The translations under genes were made by a program, and so were the position numbers. A stretch of DNA of 59,154 nt. Origin: an uncultured Actinomycetes bacterium. GTDB taxonomy: Bacteria > Actinomycetota > Actinomycetes > S36-B12. Below the pieces are notes generated by a model. The model ran no database searches. It was given only the letters and a program-made list of their open reading frames with translations, and was not told where the DNA came from. Shown piece after piece: positions 31,422 to 41,246 of this stretch (position 1 is its first letter; the number at the start of each line of letters is the position of its first letter). The stretch lies in NCBI GenBank assembly GCA_903960135.1, contig CAJBZP010000087.1, forward strand, positions 1 to 59,154, in the 5' to 3' direction.

Positions 31422-32672
31422 ATGTCCTTTCACACTCGTGCCATCGCCCTCGTCACCGTTACCGCCACCACCTTGGCGACCGCCGGAGCGCTCCTGCTAA
31501 CCGCACCCGGTGCGCAGGCTGCACCCCTGCCACCCGGCACGCTCATCAATGAAACTTTGTTCGGCATGCACGTGGTGGACCTGCAGCGCGGTAACTGGCC
31601 GACAATTCCGATCGGCTCGATCCGGTTGTGGGATAACCAGACCAGTTGGGCCGATATCGAGACCACCAATGGAAACTACAACTGGATCAACCTCGACAGT
31701 TCGGTGAACACTGCGGTTGCCAAGGGCACCAAGGACATCTTGCTGGTGCTCGGCAGCACGCCCCGTTGGGCTAGTGATGACCCGTCGCCAATTGCCCTCC
31801 CGATGCCTGGGTCGGCTGGGATGCCAACTGACCTCGCGTGGTGGGATCGCTGGGTGACAGCGGTGGTCACCCGTTACAAGGGCAAGATCACCAGTTACCA
31901 GCCGTGGAACGAAGCAAACCTTTCAACATTTTCCACCGGCAGCGCCGCCGAGATGGCCGAGCTCACCAAGCGGGCCTACGACATCATCAAGAGCATCGAT
32001 CCCGCGGCTACCGTGGTTGCGCCCAGCACCGGGGTGCGCCTCGGTGGTGCCTTTAAGAAGTTCTACCCGAAGTACCTAGCCGAATTGGCGAAGCGCAATT
32101 GGCCGGTTGACGTCTTCAGCGCCCACACCTACCCGGCCAGCCTCGGCTCGCCCAAGGACCGCGCCGCGTTGGCCAACCAGTGGATCGCCGCACTCAAAGC
32201 AGCCGGTGCACCCAATAAGCCCCTTTGGGACACCGAGAATAACTTCGGGTTGGCCGGGCCCGGCCCCGCAAATCCAGACCAGGACATCAACGGGTCAAAA
32301 GCCGCTCAGTGGACGGCTCGCACCTACCTCGATGCGCTGCGCCTTGGCATCAGTCGGGTCTACTGGTATTCGTGGCGCCCTGATCTTGAACTCCTCGGAA
32401 TCCAGATGAATACCGGCAGTGATGCGGCGATTGCCCTCCAAACTTTGGAGAGTTGGATCACCGGAGCTACCTTCCAAAAATGCACCACGAAGGGCAGCCT
32501 TGTGACCTGCGGCTTCAAGCGCAATGGCAAGGCTTTCGACATCGTCTGGTCCGAGGGTAAGCCGACTAATGCCAAGGTTGGAGCGTTCAGCAATAAGTGT
32601 GAACTCGACGGCCGCTGCGCCCCTATTAGCCAGAAGAAGCTAAAGGTAACAGGGCCGACTTACTTCCAGTAA
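31422..32672 (+). CDS. Secreted clan GH-A glycoside hydrolase (GH39/GH5-like)
   Basis: Signal peptide (AQA), IRLWD, acid/base WNEAN, SAHTY, nucleophile WDTE, Cys-containing C-terminal domain. Confidence 0.78.
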   Translation: MSFHTRAIALVTVTATTLATAGALLLTAPGAQAAPLPPGTLINETLFGMHVVDLQRGNWPTIPIGSIRLWDNQTSWADIETTNGNYNWINLDSSVNTAVAKGTKDILLVLGSTPRWASDDPSPIALPMPGSAGMPTDLAWWDRWVTAVVTRYKGKITSYQPWNEANLSTFSTGSAAEMAELTKRAYDIIKSIDPAATVVAPSTGVRLGGAFKKFYPKYLAELAKRNWPVDVFSAHTYPASLGSPKDRAALANQWIAALKAAGAPNKPLWDTENNFGLAGPGPANPDQDINGSKAAQWTARTYLDALRLGISRVYWYSWRPDLELLGIQMNTGSDAAIALQTLESWITGATFQKCTTKGSLVTCGFKRNGKAFDIVWSEGKPTNAKVGAFSNKCELDGRCAPISQKKLKVTGPTYFQ

Positions 32673-32682
32673 GAACTGGAGA

Positions 32683-34041
32683 TTAGTTCAATAAGTCGAC
32701 AAGTGCTTTTGTAAACAACACGGTGTGAAGGTCGACGTCGGCCGCGGATGTCTGCGGGCACATCAGCGCCATATTGTGAAATGGTGTCATCAGTACACCG
32801 CGGTTGGACAGATAAAGATGAAGGTAGTCCTCAAGTTCCTCATCGTCAGCCAGCGCCGATGCTGACCCGCTCATGGGCGCCGGGCTAATGAACCGATACT
32901 CGGCGCGGGCACCTAGCTGCACGATGGACCACGGCGTCTGCGTCTCGGCCAGCACTTGCTCAACACCGGACGTAAAGCGCGTGGCCATCGCGATCATGTG
33001 CTCAAATGCGGGAGCTGTCAAAACCTCACCCAAGGTTGCGCGCATCGCCGCTGTCGACAACACATTGCCTGCCAGCGTGCCGCCAACACCGCCAACGTCA
33101 ACAAGATCCGCTTCAAGGTTTTTGCGGATGACATCGGCAACTTCATTGGTGATTCCGTAGGCGCCGCATGGAATACCGCCGCCGATGCTCTTGCCGATCA
33201 CAAACAGATCCGGCTTGAGATCCCACATTTCCGTGCAACCGCCTGGGCCCGCTGAGATGGTGTGTGTCTCATCAATTAACAGCAGCGCGCCGTACTGCGT
33301 GCACAATTGCCGAAGTCCACTTAGGAAACCGGGCTCCGGCAGCACGATTCCGATATTGGTAAGTGCCGGTTCGGTAATCACCACGGCAATATCGCCGTGT
33401 GCCAAAGCCCGCTCTACCGAGGCTAGGTCATTGAACTCCGCAACTCGGGTGGTGTCTGTGATCGGTACTGGCGGGCCGACATTGCCGCCACGGGCTTCTG
33501 GTTCACCATCGACGCCACAGACCACGAAGGTTTCGTCTACGGCACCGTGGTAGCAGTAGGAGAAAGCCAAGACTTTTGGTTTTCCGGTGACAAGGCGCCC
33601 AATTCGCAGTGCCCACCGATTCGCATCGGTCGCGCTCAAGGTGAACGACCACAGCGGCAGCCCGAACCGGCGGCTTAATTCTGCGCCTACCCATTCGCCG
33701 TCCTCACTCGGCAGCATCGTGGTGATGCCACCATCAACGGCTAGTCGTTTGTTCACTGCCGCCACCGTCGCCGCCGGTGAATGCCCGGCCATTGCTGCCG
33801 TATCACCCAAGGCAAAGTCGACGTACTCGTTACCGTCTAAATCAACAATGCGGTTGCCGTGCGCCGATGCCATAGACACCGGGTAGCCGCCGGCCCACTT
33901 GTTCATCCATGTCATTGGCACCCGGCCAAAGAGGTGATCTGCGGCTTCGTATGCCGCCCTGGACGCAGGCGTGCGATCAAGGTGGGTGTTGCGCTCTCGC
34001 TCCAAGAGCGAGTGCAGTTTCGCGCGGTCGATTAAGGACAT
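32683..34041 (-). CDS. Class III PLP aminotransferase (GSA-aminomutase-like fold)
   Basis: DLDGNEYVDF.LGD, YHG, LLIDETHT, PLP Lys in IGKSIGGGIP, GGTLAGN. Confidence 0.88.
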   Translation of the reverse strand: MSLIDRAKLHSLLERERNTHLDRTPASRAAYEAADHLFGRVPMTWMNKWAGGYPVSMASAHGNRIVDLDGNEYVDFALGDTAAMAGHSPAATVAAVNKRLAVDGGITTMLPSEDGEWVGAELSRRFGLPLWSFTLSATDANRWALRIGRLVTGKPKVLAFSYCYHGAVDETFVVCGVDGEPEARGGNVGPPVPITDTTRVAEFNDLASVERALAHGDIAVVITEPALTNIGIVLPEPGFLSGLRQLCTQYGALLLIDETHTISAGPGGCTEMWDLKPDLFVIGKSIGGGIPCGAYGITNEVADVIRKNLEADLVDVGGVGGTLAGNVLSTAAMRATLGEVLTAPAFEHMIAMATRFTSGVEQVLAETQTPWSIVQLGARAEYRFISPAPMSGSASALADDEELEDYLHLYLSNRGVLMTPFHNMALMCPQTSAADVDLHTVLFTKALVDLLN

Positions 34042-34043
34042 TT

Positions 34044-34622
34044 TCAGATTGTCTCTAGGTCGTCGGCGAGGAGCAACTGCGGCACCGCGACAAAACGGTA
34101 GGAAAGCTCAACACCTGGTTGTCGAACGAGTACCCAAATGAGATCAAAGCGCTCATCTGGCCAGCGGTGCGGGACATCTTCGACATTCGAAATAGGGAAG
34201 TGCCGCACCAGTTTGGACATCGTGCCGTGGTGCCAAACGATCAGGGTTGATTCGGGTCGACCCAGCACTTCGTCAATTAGGTCATTCTCATTGCCGTGTG
34301 TATGACCATCTTCAACCTTGAGCTTAAGTCGCTGCGCCGTAGGAGTCGCGGTATCAATCTCGCGCTTACTTTTGGCCTCATGTGTCGGCCTAGTCGCCAG
34401 CACCCGCTCCGGTTTCACCACGTGTGGGTGCGCATTCGACGGCGCGTGGGCGAATAGTCCCGCCAACGCTCCAGCCCTGGTCCAGCCAAGCACCGAGAGT
34501 GAATGATTGTCGACTTCGCCATGCTTGTTCACCCCATGGGGTGGCTCGCCTTCACCGGGTTTCTCGCCATGCCGCACGAACATGATGATCTCCGGTGCGG
34601 TGGCTGGCTCTGGCGGGTTCAT
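34044..34622 (-). CDS. Histidine phosphatase (phosphoglycerate mutase-like) family protein
   Basis: RHGEKP, G..RA, R..DT, LIVWHHG. TAGGTT lies 7 nt before the ATG. Confidence 0.75.
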   Translation of the reverse strand: MNPPEPATAPEIIMFVRHGEKPGEGEPPHGVNKHGEVDNHSLSVLGWTRAGALAGLFAHAPSNAHPHVVKPERVLATRPTHEAKSKREIDTATPTAQRLKLKVEDGHTHGNENDLIDEVLGRPESTLIVWHHGTMSKLVRHFPISNVEDVPHRWPDERFDLIWVLVRQPGVELSYRFVAVPQLLLADDLETI

Positions 34623-34682
34623 AGGCGCAAACCTACTCTGTGAGCGCATCGGTGCGGTCGTTGGCGCTTCAACACTACGGCG

Positions 34683-35732
34683 CTAGCAACGAGTCAAGCC
34701 CTGCAGCGATGCCTTCACCAAGGCACCCAATGTCGGCAGGTGGTAGCCGCCCTCCTGAAGGGCGACCGTCGGCAATCCCATCGCACCTAGCAACTCAGCA
34801 GCACGATAAAAGCCATCCTGGGTGATCTCCAGCGGGCTCTCCGGATCCTCGGCAGCAGCATCAACTCCGAGCGAGAGCACCATCGCCGTCGCCTCGAAGT
34901 CCAGCACCCGCTGCACGATCTCCATGATCGCCTCAAGCCAACGCTTGTCCTCGGTACCTGGGGCAAGGGGCAGGTTCAGGTTGGCACCAACCCCGGCGCC
35001 CCGACCAACCTCGTCGGCGAACCCGGCGTAGTGCGGGAACCAGCCAGCACCGGGATCAACATGCACCGATGCGTAGAGCACGTCTTCTCTGGCGTAGAAA
35101 ATGTCCTGCGTGCCATTGCCATGGTGAGCATCAATATCGACGATGGCCACCCGCTCGTGCCCGGCTCTGCGTAGCGCTTCGGCAGCAACCGCCGCATTGT
35201 TTAGATAACACGATCCGCCGTACGCCGACCGTGTGACGTGATGTCCGGGAGGGCGAGTCAGACCATAAATGACAGGTTCGTCAACAGCGCTCGTGACAAT
35301 TAGGTCTACGCAGGTAAGGGCAACATCCACGGCTCCGCGAGCGGCTTCCCACGTGCCCGGGCCAATGAGTGTCATCGTGTCGTAGCAGTAGGTGCCCGCT
35401 GCCGCATGTGGTGCGAACGGTTCCCGCAGTGGTAAGTCACCTAGCATGCCCGCGGTCGGGAAGAGATAAGGCACTACGCGCTCTACGCCGTAGTCGCCCC
35501 AGCGGGACCAAATGGTGCGCAGGTGGTCGACAAGCTCGGCATCATGCACGGCGAGGAGCGCCTCGTCACCATGTGAAGTCGCCTCGACTACCGGCCAATC
35601 GGCCAGCGCCGATGCAATGACGCTCACCCGTTTCGGGACCTCGGTGCCAGGTGTCCTGGTGCCAAGCCAAATCTCGGCACCGGGCACATGCTGTTCCGCA
35701 TATGGGCTACGCACGACGCGAATCACCTGCAC
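34683..35732 (-). CDS. Histone-deacetylase family amidohydrolase (acetylpolyamine amidohydrolase-like)
   Basis: RPPGHH, CYLNN, DIDAHHGNGTQDIFY, LGVD...DP, QEGGY. Confidence 0.9.
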   Translation of the reverse strand: MQVIRVVRSPYAEQHVPGAEIWLGTRTPGTEVPKRVSVIASALADWPVVEATSHGDEALLAVHDAELVDHLRTIWSRWGDYGVERVVPYLFPTAGMLGDLPLREPFAPHAAAGTYCYDTMTLIGPGTWEAARGAVDVALTCVDLIVTSAVDEPVIYGLTRPPGHHVTRSAYGGSCYLNNAAVAAEALRRAGHERVAIVDIDAHHGNGTQDIFYAREDVLYASVHVDPGAGWFPHYAGFADEVGRGAGVGANLNLPLAPGTEDKRWLEAIMEIVQRVLDFEATAMVLSLGVDAAAEDPESPLEITQDGFYRAAELLGAMGLPTVALQEGGYHLPTLGALVKASLQGLTRC

Positions 35733-35761
35733 AGCGTCCCATAACCTGACAGCATTGTTGG

Positions 35762-36796
35762 ATGCGCGTAGCTGATCTCGGCATCACCCTCGGCACCCTT
35801 CCGTCCGGCCCGACCGCCAGCATCAAGGATGTGCCGGGCGTTGGTGTTGGGCACGTCACCGTTGAATACGACGAATCCGCGCCACCGGTCGGCCGCGGTA
35901 TTGCCCGCACCGGCGTGACAGTGGTCGACCCCGGTGGCAATCCTCTTGCTGATCCGGTTCCAGCAGGTGTCGCTGTGCTCAATGGAGCGGGTGAGTTGAC
36001 CGGGCGCTCGCAGATTGAGGAGTGGGGCTACACCGAGACACCAATCTTTCTCACCTCGACCATGCAGGTCGGTCGTGTCTATGACGCGGCCTGCCAACTG
36101 CTCATGTCCGGCACATCCACCTTTGGCGAGGTGATCATCCCAGTCGTCGGGGAGTGCGACGACTCGTGGCTGTCTGATCCGCGGGCGATGCATGTGACAT
36201 TCGATGACGTCTCAGCCGCACTCAAGGCTGCCCGCGCGGGCGGTGAACTCGCCCAGGGTGCCGTGGGTGCCGGTACCGGAATGAGTTGTCTTGGTTGGAA
36301 GGGCGGTATTGGATCCGCCTCCCGTTTACTACCGGATGGGCACGTAGTCGGTGTGCTGCTGCTCACCAACTTTGGGGTCAGTAAGCAACTCACCATCAAC
36401 GGCGTTCACGTTGGTAAGCGCCTCGAGCGGAACGGGATCATCGAGCCACCACCCGCTGGATCCTGCATCGGCATTGCCATCACCGACGCACCGATTGACG
36501 CGGCGGGATGCGAGCGCCTGGCCAGGCGTATCGGACTGGGATTGGCTCGCACCGGATCAGTGGCGCACCACGGATCCGGTGAAATCTTCGTGGCACTGGC
36601 AAATGGCCTTCGGGCCTCGGGCTGCGGGGGGCCACCCATCACCGGACGCGAACTGGATTCGTATTTTGCGGCCGTGGTTGAAGCCAGTGAGGAGGCTGTT
36701 GTCGCCTCGCTCATAAATGCCCGAACTGTCACCGGATATCAAGGGCGGACAATTGAGGCACTGCCAATTGATGAGGTTCGCAGGTTGCTGACCTGA
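35762..36796 (+). CDS. P1/S58 DmpA-family aminopeptidase/amidase
   Basis: I.DVPGV.VGH, TGVT, NGAGELTG, PVVGECDD, GAGTGM, KGGIGSASR, autocleavage site G-S(CIGIAITDAP), HGSGE. Confidence 0.88.
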   Translation: MRVADLGITLGTLPSGPTASIKDVPGVGVGHVTVEYDESAPPVGRGIARTGVTVVDPGGNPLADPVPAGVAVLNGAGELTGRSQIEEWGYTETPIFLTSTMQVGRVYDAACQLLMSGTSTFGEVIIPVVGECDDSWLSDPRAMHVTFDDVSAALKAARAGGELAQGAVGAGTGMSCLGWKGGIGSASRLLPDGHVVGVLLLTNFGVSKQLTINGVHVGKRLERNGIIEPPPAGSCIGIAITDAPIDAAGCERLARRIGLGLARTGSVAHHGSGEIFVALANGLRASGCGGPPITGRELDSYFAAVVEASEEAVVASLINARTVTGYQGRTIEALPIDEVRRLLT

Positions 36797-36860
36797 CCTG
36801 CCGTTGCGGCCCTGGCACAATAAATGGTTCGACTAGGTGTCCGCAGCGTCGAGCTCAGCC

Positions 36861-38783
36861 TTACTCCTTGTCGTCAGCCTGGTTCGATGAGCGCATACGC
36901 AAGATAACCACAATGAGCACGACAATGATGATGAGTCCAACCACAATCGCGATGATCAAGCCCAAATTCGAGCCGCCGGATTCCGCGGTGACCGCGGTGG
37001 CTGCGTTGTTGGCCGGGTTGTCCGGGTTGTCCGCGCTGTCCGCGCTGTCAGTAGCTCCCGGGGTTGGCGCGGCACTGCTGGCACCGTCAGTTTGCGTACC
37101 AGTGTCAGCCGTTACCGGCTCGACATTCTCGTAGCTGTAGGTGCCGTACTGCATGATCAGCGACCCGCTGCCCTCGGGCTGGCCGACGAACCCGGTGAAT
37201 CGGTCGGAGCGGTAGGCCTCGAGGTTGTCGTAGTACCAGGTCACGACATAGGGGACATCGTCGTAAAGCATCTGTTGCATCTGTTTGACGATCTCGGCGC
37301 GCTTGGCTAGGTCGGTTTCGCCGGACTGGGCCTCGTACAGAGCATCGAACTTCGGATTGCAGTAGAAGGAGTCCGACAGGTCGGCGTAGATCTCGCCGCC
37401 GTCCTTATAAGAGCGCTTACCGCAGGTAAAAGTCGACAGTTGGTAGTCGGGATCCGGCTCGACAACCCAGCCCCACTCGAACATGTCGAAATCCCCACGG
37501 CCGATGATCTCGAACAGCGCGTTCTCGTCGACCGGCTTGATGGCGGCCTGGATGCCGACCGCCGCCAGATAACTCTTGAAGTACTCCCCGGCAGTCACCG
37601 ATGAAAAGGAGTCCGTGCGCACGAAAAGGCGATACTTCATCGGCTTACCATCGGGGCCAACCCGAATGCCGTCCGGACCCATCGGGTACCCGGCATCGTC
37701 GAGGATCTGGTTCGCAAGTGCCGGATCGTAGGACTGCGTGCCCGGGTCAATATGCAACGTGGTGTAGAGCGGCGGAATGATCGACGAGCCCGCCGAGCCA
37801 TAGCCATCCAGGATCTTGTCAACCATCTGCTGGCGGTCAATGGCATGTGAGATGGCCAGTCGTACCTGACGGTCCAACAAATGCGGGTTGCCGTCACCGA
37901 TCGGCGTGCCATCGGTCAGGGCCGCGCCTAGGTTGAAAGCCAGTTCATTGAAACCGGAGTAATCGCCGGCGTATGTCGTGATGCCAGGTTGACCCTCGAG
38001 GGCGGTGAACACGTCGGCGGTGAGGGCCTCGGCGAAGTCAATCTCGCCCTTGATGAGGGCCTGACCGAGGGCGTCAGGGTTGTTGTACAAGCGGAAGACC
38101 AGTTCGTCGACTTTCGGCCGGCCGGCGAAGTAGTTGTCATTTGCCACCATCCGGATGAACTGCCCGGCGCGCCGCTCTACTACGAGGAAGGGACCTGATC
38201 CGACCACCGTCTGGCCGGGCTCGGGTTCATTTGCGTAGGACTTAACCGCCTTACCGTCGATCTTGCTCCAAATGTGCTCGGGCAGGATGTAGACCGCTAG
38301 GCGCGACATGATCGGAGTGGGGGTCTTCACGGTCATCACAACGGTGCGCTCGTCGGAGGCTGTCACCGAAGTGATGTTGCGCACGTAGTTTCCGTAGTTC
38401 CGCTGCTCGTAACGACCCTCGAGGATGCGGTTGAAGGTGTAGACGACGTCGGCCGAGGTGAGCGGCGTACCGTCAGACCAGAGCAGGCCCGGCCGTAGCG
38501 TGTAGGTCCAGGTCTTGCGATCCGCGGACTCCGCCCACGACTCCGCCAGGCCCGGAGCCGGTGCATAGTCAGTCGCGCTCTGGGTCAAAAGCGTGGCGTA
38601 CTGCAGCTGGAAAATCTCGTAGGCCTCAGCCAGCACCCCGGTAAAGGGATTGAGTGAATCGACATCCTGCTCCATGCCGACGGTGAAAACCACCGGATCG
38701 GCGGCCTGGGCCGGCAAAGCGATGACTACCGGCGCGATGGCGACAGCGGCGGTTGCCAAGGTGGCCAGCAAGTTGCGAATCAC
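36861..38783 (-). CDS. Family 5 (peptide/nickel) ABC solute-binding protein with C-terminal TM anchor
   Basis: DSLNPF, PGLAESW, WSDGTPLTSADVVYTF, GSGPF, VRLAISHAIDR. Sec signal without a lipobox. RBS GGAG before GTG 38783. Confidence 0.88.
   Translation of the reverse strand: MIRNLLATLATAAVAIAPVVIALPAQAADPVVFTVGMEQDVDSLNPFTGVLAEAYEIFQLQYATLLTQSATDYAPAPGLAESWAESADRKTWTYTLRPGLLWSDGTPLTSADVVYTFNRILEGRYEQRNYGNYVRNITSVTASDERTVVMTVKTPTPIMSRLAVYILPEHIWSKIDGKAVKSYANEPEPGQTVVGSGPFLVVERRAGQFIRMVANDNYFAGRPKVDELVFRLYNNPDALGQALIKGEIDFAEALTADVFTALEGQPGITTYAGDYSGFNELAFNLGAALTDGTPIGDGNPHLLDRQVRLAISHAIDRQQMVDKILDGYGSAGSSIIPPLYTTLHIDPGTQSYDPALANQILDDAGYPMGPDGIRVGPDGKPMKYRLFVRTDSFSSVTAGEYFKSYLAAVGIQAAIKPVDENALFEIIGRGDFDMFEWGWVVEPDPDYQLSTFTCGKRSYKDGGEIYADLSDSFYCNPKFDALYEAQSGETDLAKRAEIVKQMQQMLYDDVPYVVTWYYDNLEAYRSDRFTGFVGQPEGSGSLIMQYGTYSYENVEPVTADTGTQTDGASSAAPTPGATDSADSADNPDNPANNAATAVTAESGGSNLGLIIAIVVGLIIIVVLIVVILRMRSSNQADDKE
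37015..37050. repeat. 9-bp tandem repeats encoding the SBP linker (DSA-DSA-DNP-DNP)
   Basis: GGGTTGTCC x2 followed by GCGCTGTCC and GCGCTGTCA. Confidence 0.6.
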
Positions 38784-38830
38784 ACGCACTCCCTCTCCCA
38801 TGCTGCTTCGATTCAGCTAGTGTCGAAGCC

Positions 38831-40837
38831 GTGCAGCCGCCCATCGCCCGTCGCGACAACCAGCTCGATCCCTACTCCTGGATGCGCCACGCAACCAAAC
38901 CTGACGCACCCCACCTGGTCGCAGAGCGGGCCTACTACAACGCTCGCATCGTCGATCTGGAACCAACCGTGCGTACCGTGTCCGCTGAATTGCTGGCGCG
39001 TACACCGGATACTGAACGGTCGGTCGGCAGAGTTCTTGGACCCCATACCTACTACAGGGTGACCACTGCGGGTCAGGAATTGCCAAAATTGGAGCGTAAA
39101 AGTGACACCGGCCCGGACGAAACTGTCCTAGACCTCGCCGAGTTCGGTTCGCCGTACGCCGCAACTGGGGTGGTGGAGCCTAACCCAGACGGCGTCCTAC
39201 TTGCCTACTCACTCGATCTCACCGGGGCCGAGCGCTATCGCCTGCGATTTCGAAACATGGCCGATGGCACGGACTTGACCGACGCAGATGGCCGACTGAT
39301 TGCCATTGCCGACACCTATTACACCGGGGCCTGGGCCGGCGTCCACTTTTTCTACACCGTCATCGATGAACTCAACCGCCCATACGAGGTGCACCGCCTC
39401 GACCCACGCACCGGTGCAAACGAAGTCGTGCTCACCGAGCCCGATCAACGTTTTGAACTGACGATTGAACGCAGTGGTGACTACATTGTCATTGCGTCAC
39501 ACTCGCGCACCACCAGCGAGTGCTGGGCGATTCCGGTCTCTGAGCCGACTACGGCTGCAATATCACTTGGTGGTCGCATACCCGGAGTGGAGTATGACGT
39601 CGAATGGGACGTCGATCGTTGGCTCACACTGTCGAATGCCCGAGAGTCGGAGTTCGAATTACTTGCCAATCAAGAACCCATCGGTCCGAACGACGGTCGC
39701 ATCCACGAAATACTCGCGCTGAACAACGCGATCGTCACCTATTCGCGAGTCGATGGTCAGGGCTGCATTCGTATTCTAGAACGCGACGGTCTAATTCGCC
39801 GTGAGATTCCACCCGAGCCAGGGGGTGCGATCCGGCTTGGACACAACGTGAATCCGGATGCAACCTTCGTAACGATCATCACCGAATCCTTCTTTGAGCC
39901 CACCACGTGGTGGGATGTGGATCTCGTGACCGGAGAGCGCACACTTCGCCATCGCAGGGAGGTGCCCGGACATGATGCAACTAAGTACTGCAGTGAAGTT
40001 GTAAGAGCCACTGCTCCCGATGGCTGGAGTGTGCCGATCGTGCTCACTCGGCACCGGGACACTGCGTTGGACGGCACGGCGCCGTGCTTGCTCTACGGCT
40101 ACGGAGCCTATGAGTCGATAGACGATCCATGGTTTGACATCTGGGTGCTACCGCTCCTTGACCGCGGTGTTGTCATCGCGAAGGCGCATATTCGCGGTGG
40201 TGGTGAGATCTCTCGGCAGCAGTGGATCGAAGGTCACCTACTCGCCAAGCGCAACACCTTCGTCGACTACATCGCCGCGGCGGACTATCTAGCAGGTGAT
40301 CTCGTTGGCTCGGCCCTGGTGGATGGTTCCCGCATTGTCAGTCGCGGGCTCTCCGCGGGTGGCTTGCTGCAAGGTGCAGTCGCCTACTTGGCCCCGCGTC
40401 GCTGGGCCGGGGTAATAGCTGAGGTGCCGTTCGTTGACTGCCTCAATTCCATGCTCGATCCAGATATCCCACTCACCGTAAACGAGTGGGAGGAGTGGGG
40501 CGACCCGCGGACACCGACCGAGCGTGACTACCTTGCGTCCTACTCGCCCTACTTGAACCTGCCCGAACCTCATGACCGCCCGGCCCTTTTCGTTACCGGC
40601 GCAGTGCACGATCCGCGCGTGCTCGTGCACGAGCCCGCCAAATGGGTGGCTGCACTAAGACATTCTGATCCCGCGAGTGGTGACCGCCCACGCCTAACCG
40701 ATCGTGGCAGTATCGTTTTTCGGGTCGAACTCGGTGAAGGTGCGCACGGGGGACAATCTGGTCGGTATGCCGCCTTGGGCTATGAAGCCGAACTCATTGC
40801 CTGGTCGTTGTCCGCGATGGAAATCAAAGGAGATTGA
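38831..40837 (+). CDS. ptrB: S9A prolyl oligopeptidase / oligopeptidase B
   Basis: DPYSWMR, LYGYGAY, HIRGGGE, Ser in GLSAGG, Asp in HDPRV, His in GAHGG. TAGTGT lies 7 nt before the GTG. Confidence 0.85.
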   Translation: MQPPIARRDNQLDPYSWMRHATKPDAPHLVAERAYYNARIVDLEPTVRTVSAELLARTPDTERSVGRVLGPHTYYRVTTAGQELPKLERKSDTGPDETVLDLAEFGSPYAATGVVEPNPDGVLLAYSLDLTGAERYRLRFRNMADGTDLTDADGRLIAIADTYYTGAWAGVHFFYTVIDELNRPYEVHRLDPRTGANEVVLTEPDQRFELTIERSGDYIVIASHSRTTSECWAIPVSEPTTAAISLGGRIPGVEYDVEWDVDRWLTLSNARESEFELLANQEPIGPNDGRIHEILALNNAIVTYSRVDGQGCIRILERDGLIRREIPPEPGGAIRLGHNVNPDATFVTIITESFFEPTTWWDVDLVTGERTLRHRREVPGHDATKYCSEVVRATAPDGWSVPIVLTRHRDTALDGTAPCLLYGYGAYESIDDPWFDIWVLPLLDRGVVIAKAHIRGGGEISRQQWIEGHLLAKRNTFVDYIAAADYLAGDLVGSALVDGSRIVSRGLSAGGLLQGAVAYLAPRRWAGVIAEVPFVDCLNSMLDPDIPLTVNEWEEWGDPRTPTERDYLASYSPYLNLPEPHDRPALFVTGAVHDPRVLVHEPAKWVAALRHSDPASGDRPRLTDRGSIVFRVELGEGAHGGQSGRYAALGYEAELIAWSLSAMEIKGD

Positions 40838-41239
40838 GTGATGCAGGCAGAATCAAAATCACGCAAAGCCACTGTCGCCCTCGTGCTTGCGGTAATTTCG
40901 CTGGTGGCCGCCCCCGCCCTGCTCTGGGCCGAGCTAATAGTTTTGTATCTGGGTGGCTGGATCTCGTCTGAGCCAGGGGTACAGATTTTTGTAGTAGCAA
41001 TCGTGATCGTGGTGATTTGCTTGGCTCTATTAATTGTATTCGCGCTGCCCGTAGCAGCACTTCTCGTCGCGCGCCGTGCCCGGCGAGAGATAACTGCGGG
41101 GGCCGGCTCACTGTCTGGTTCCGGGAATGTAAAAGCTGCGCAGGTAGTCGCAGGCATCACAGTAGCCGCGCTGCTTATTGGTCAGGTCTACTTCGCTCTA
41201 ATGGCCTTCGGGATCTGCTCATTTGATGGTTGTTCGTAA
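40838..41239 (+). CDS. Hypothetical 3-TM membrane protein
   Basis: Three hydrophobic segments, RBS AAGGAG, abuts the S9 stop codon. Confidence 0.6.
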   Translation: MMQAESKSRKATVALVLAVISLVAAPALLWAELIVLYLGGWISSEPGVQIFVVAIVIVVICLALLIVFALPVAALLVARRARREITAGAGSLSGSGNVKAAQVVAGITVAALLIGQVYFALMAFGICSFDGCS

Positions 41240-41246
41240 CCTGAAA

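Noticed and set aside
32683-34041. hemL (glutamate-1-semialdehyde aminomutase)
   Set aside because: It lacks the GGVNSPVR and SGTEA motifs, and no hem genes are nearby. It shares only the fold.
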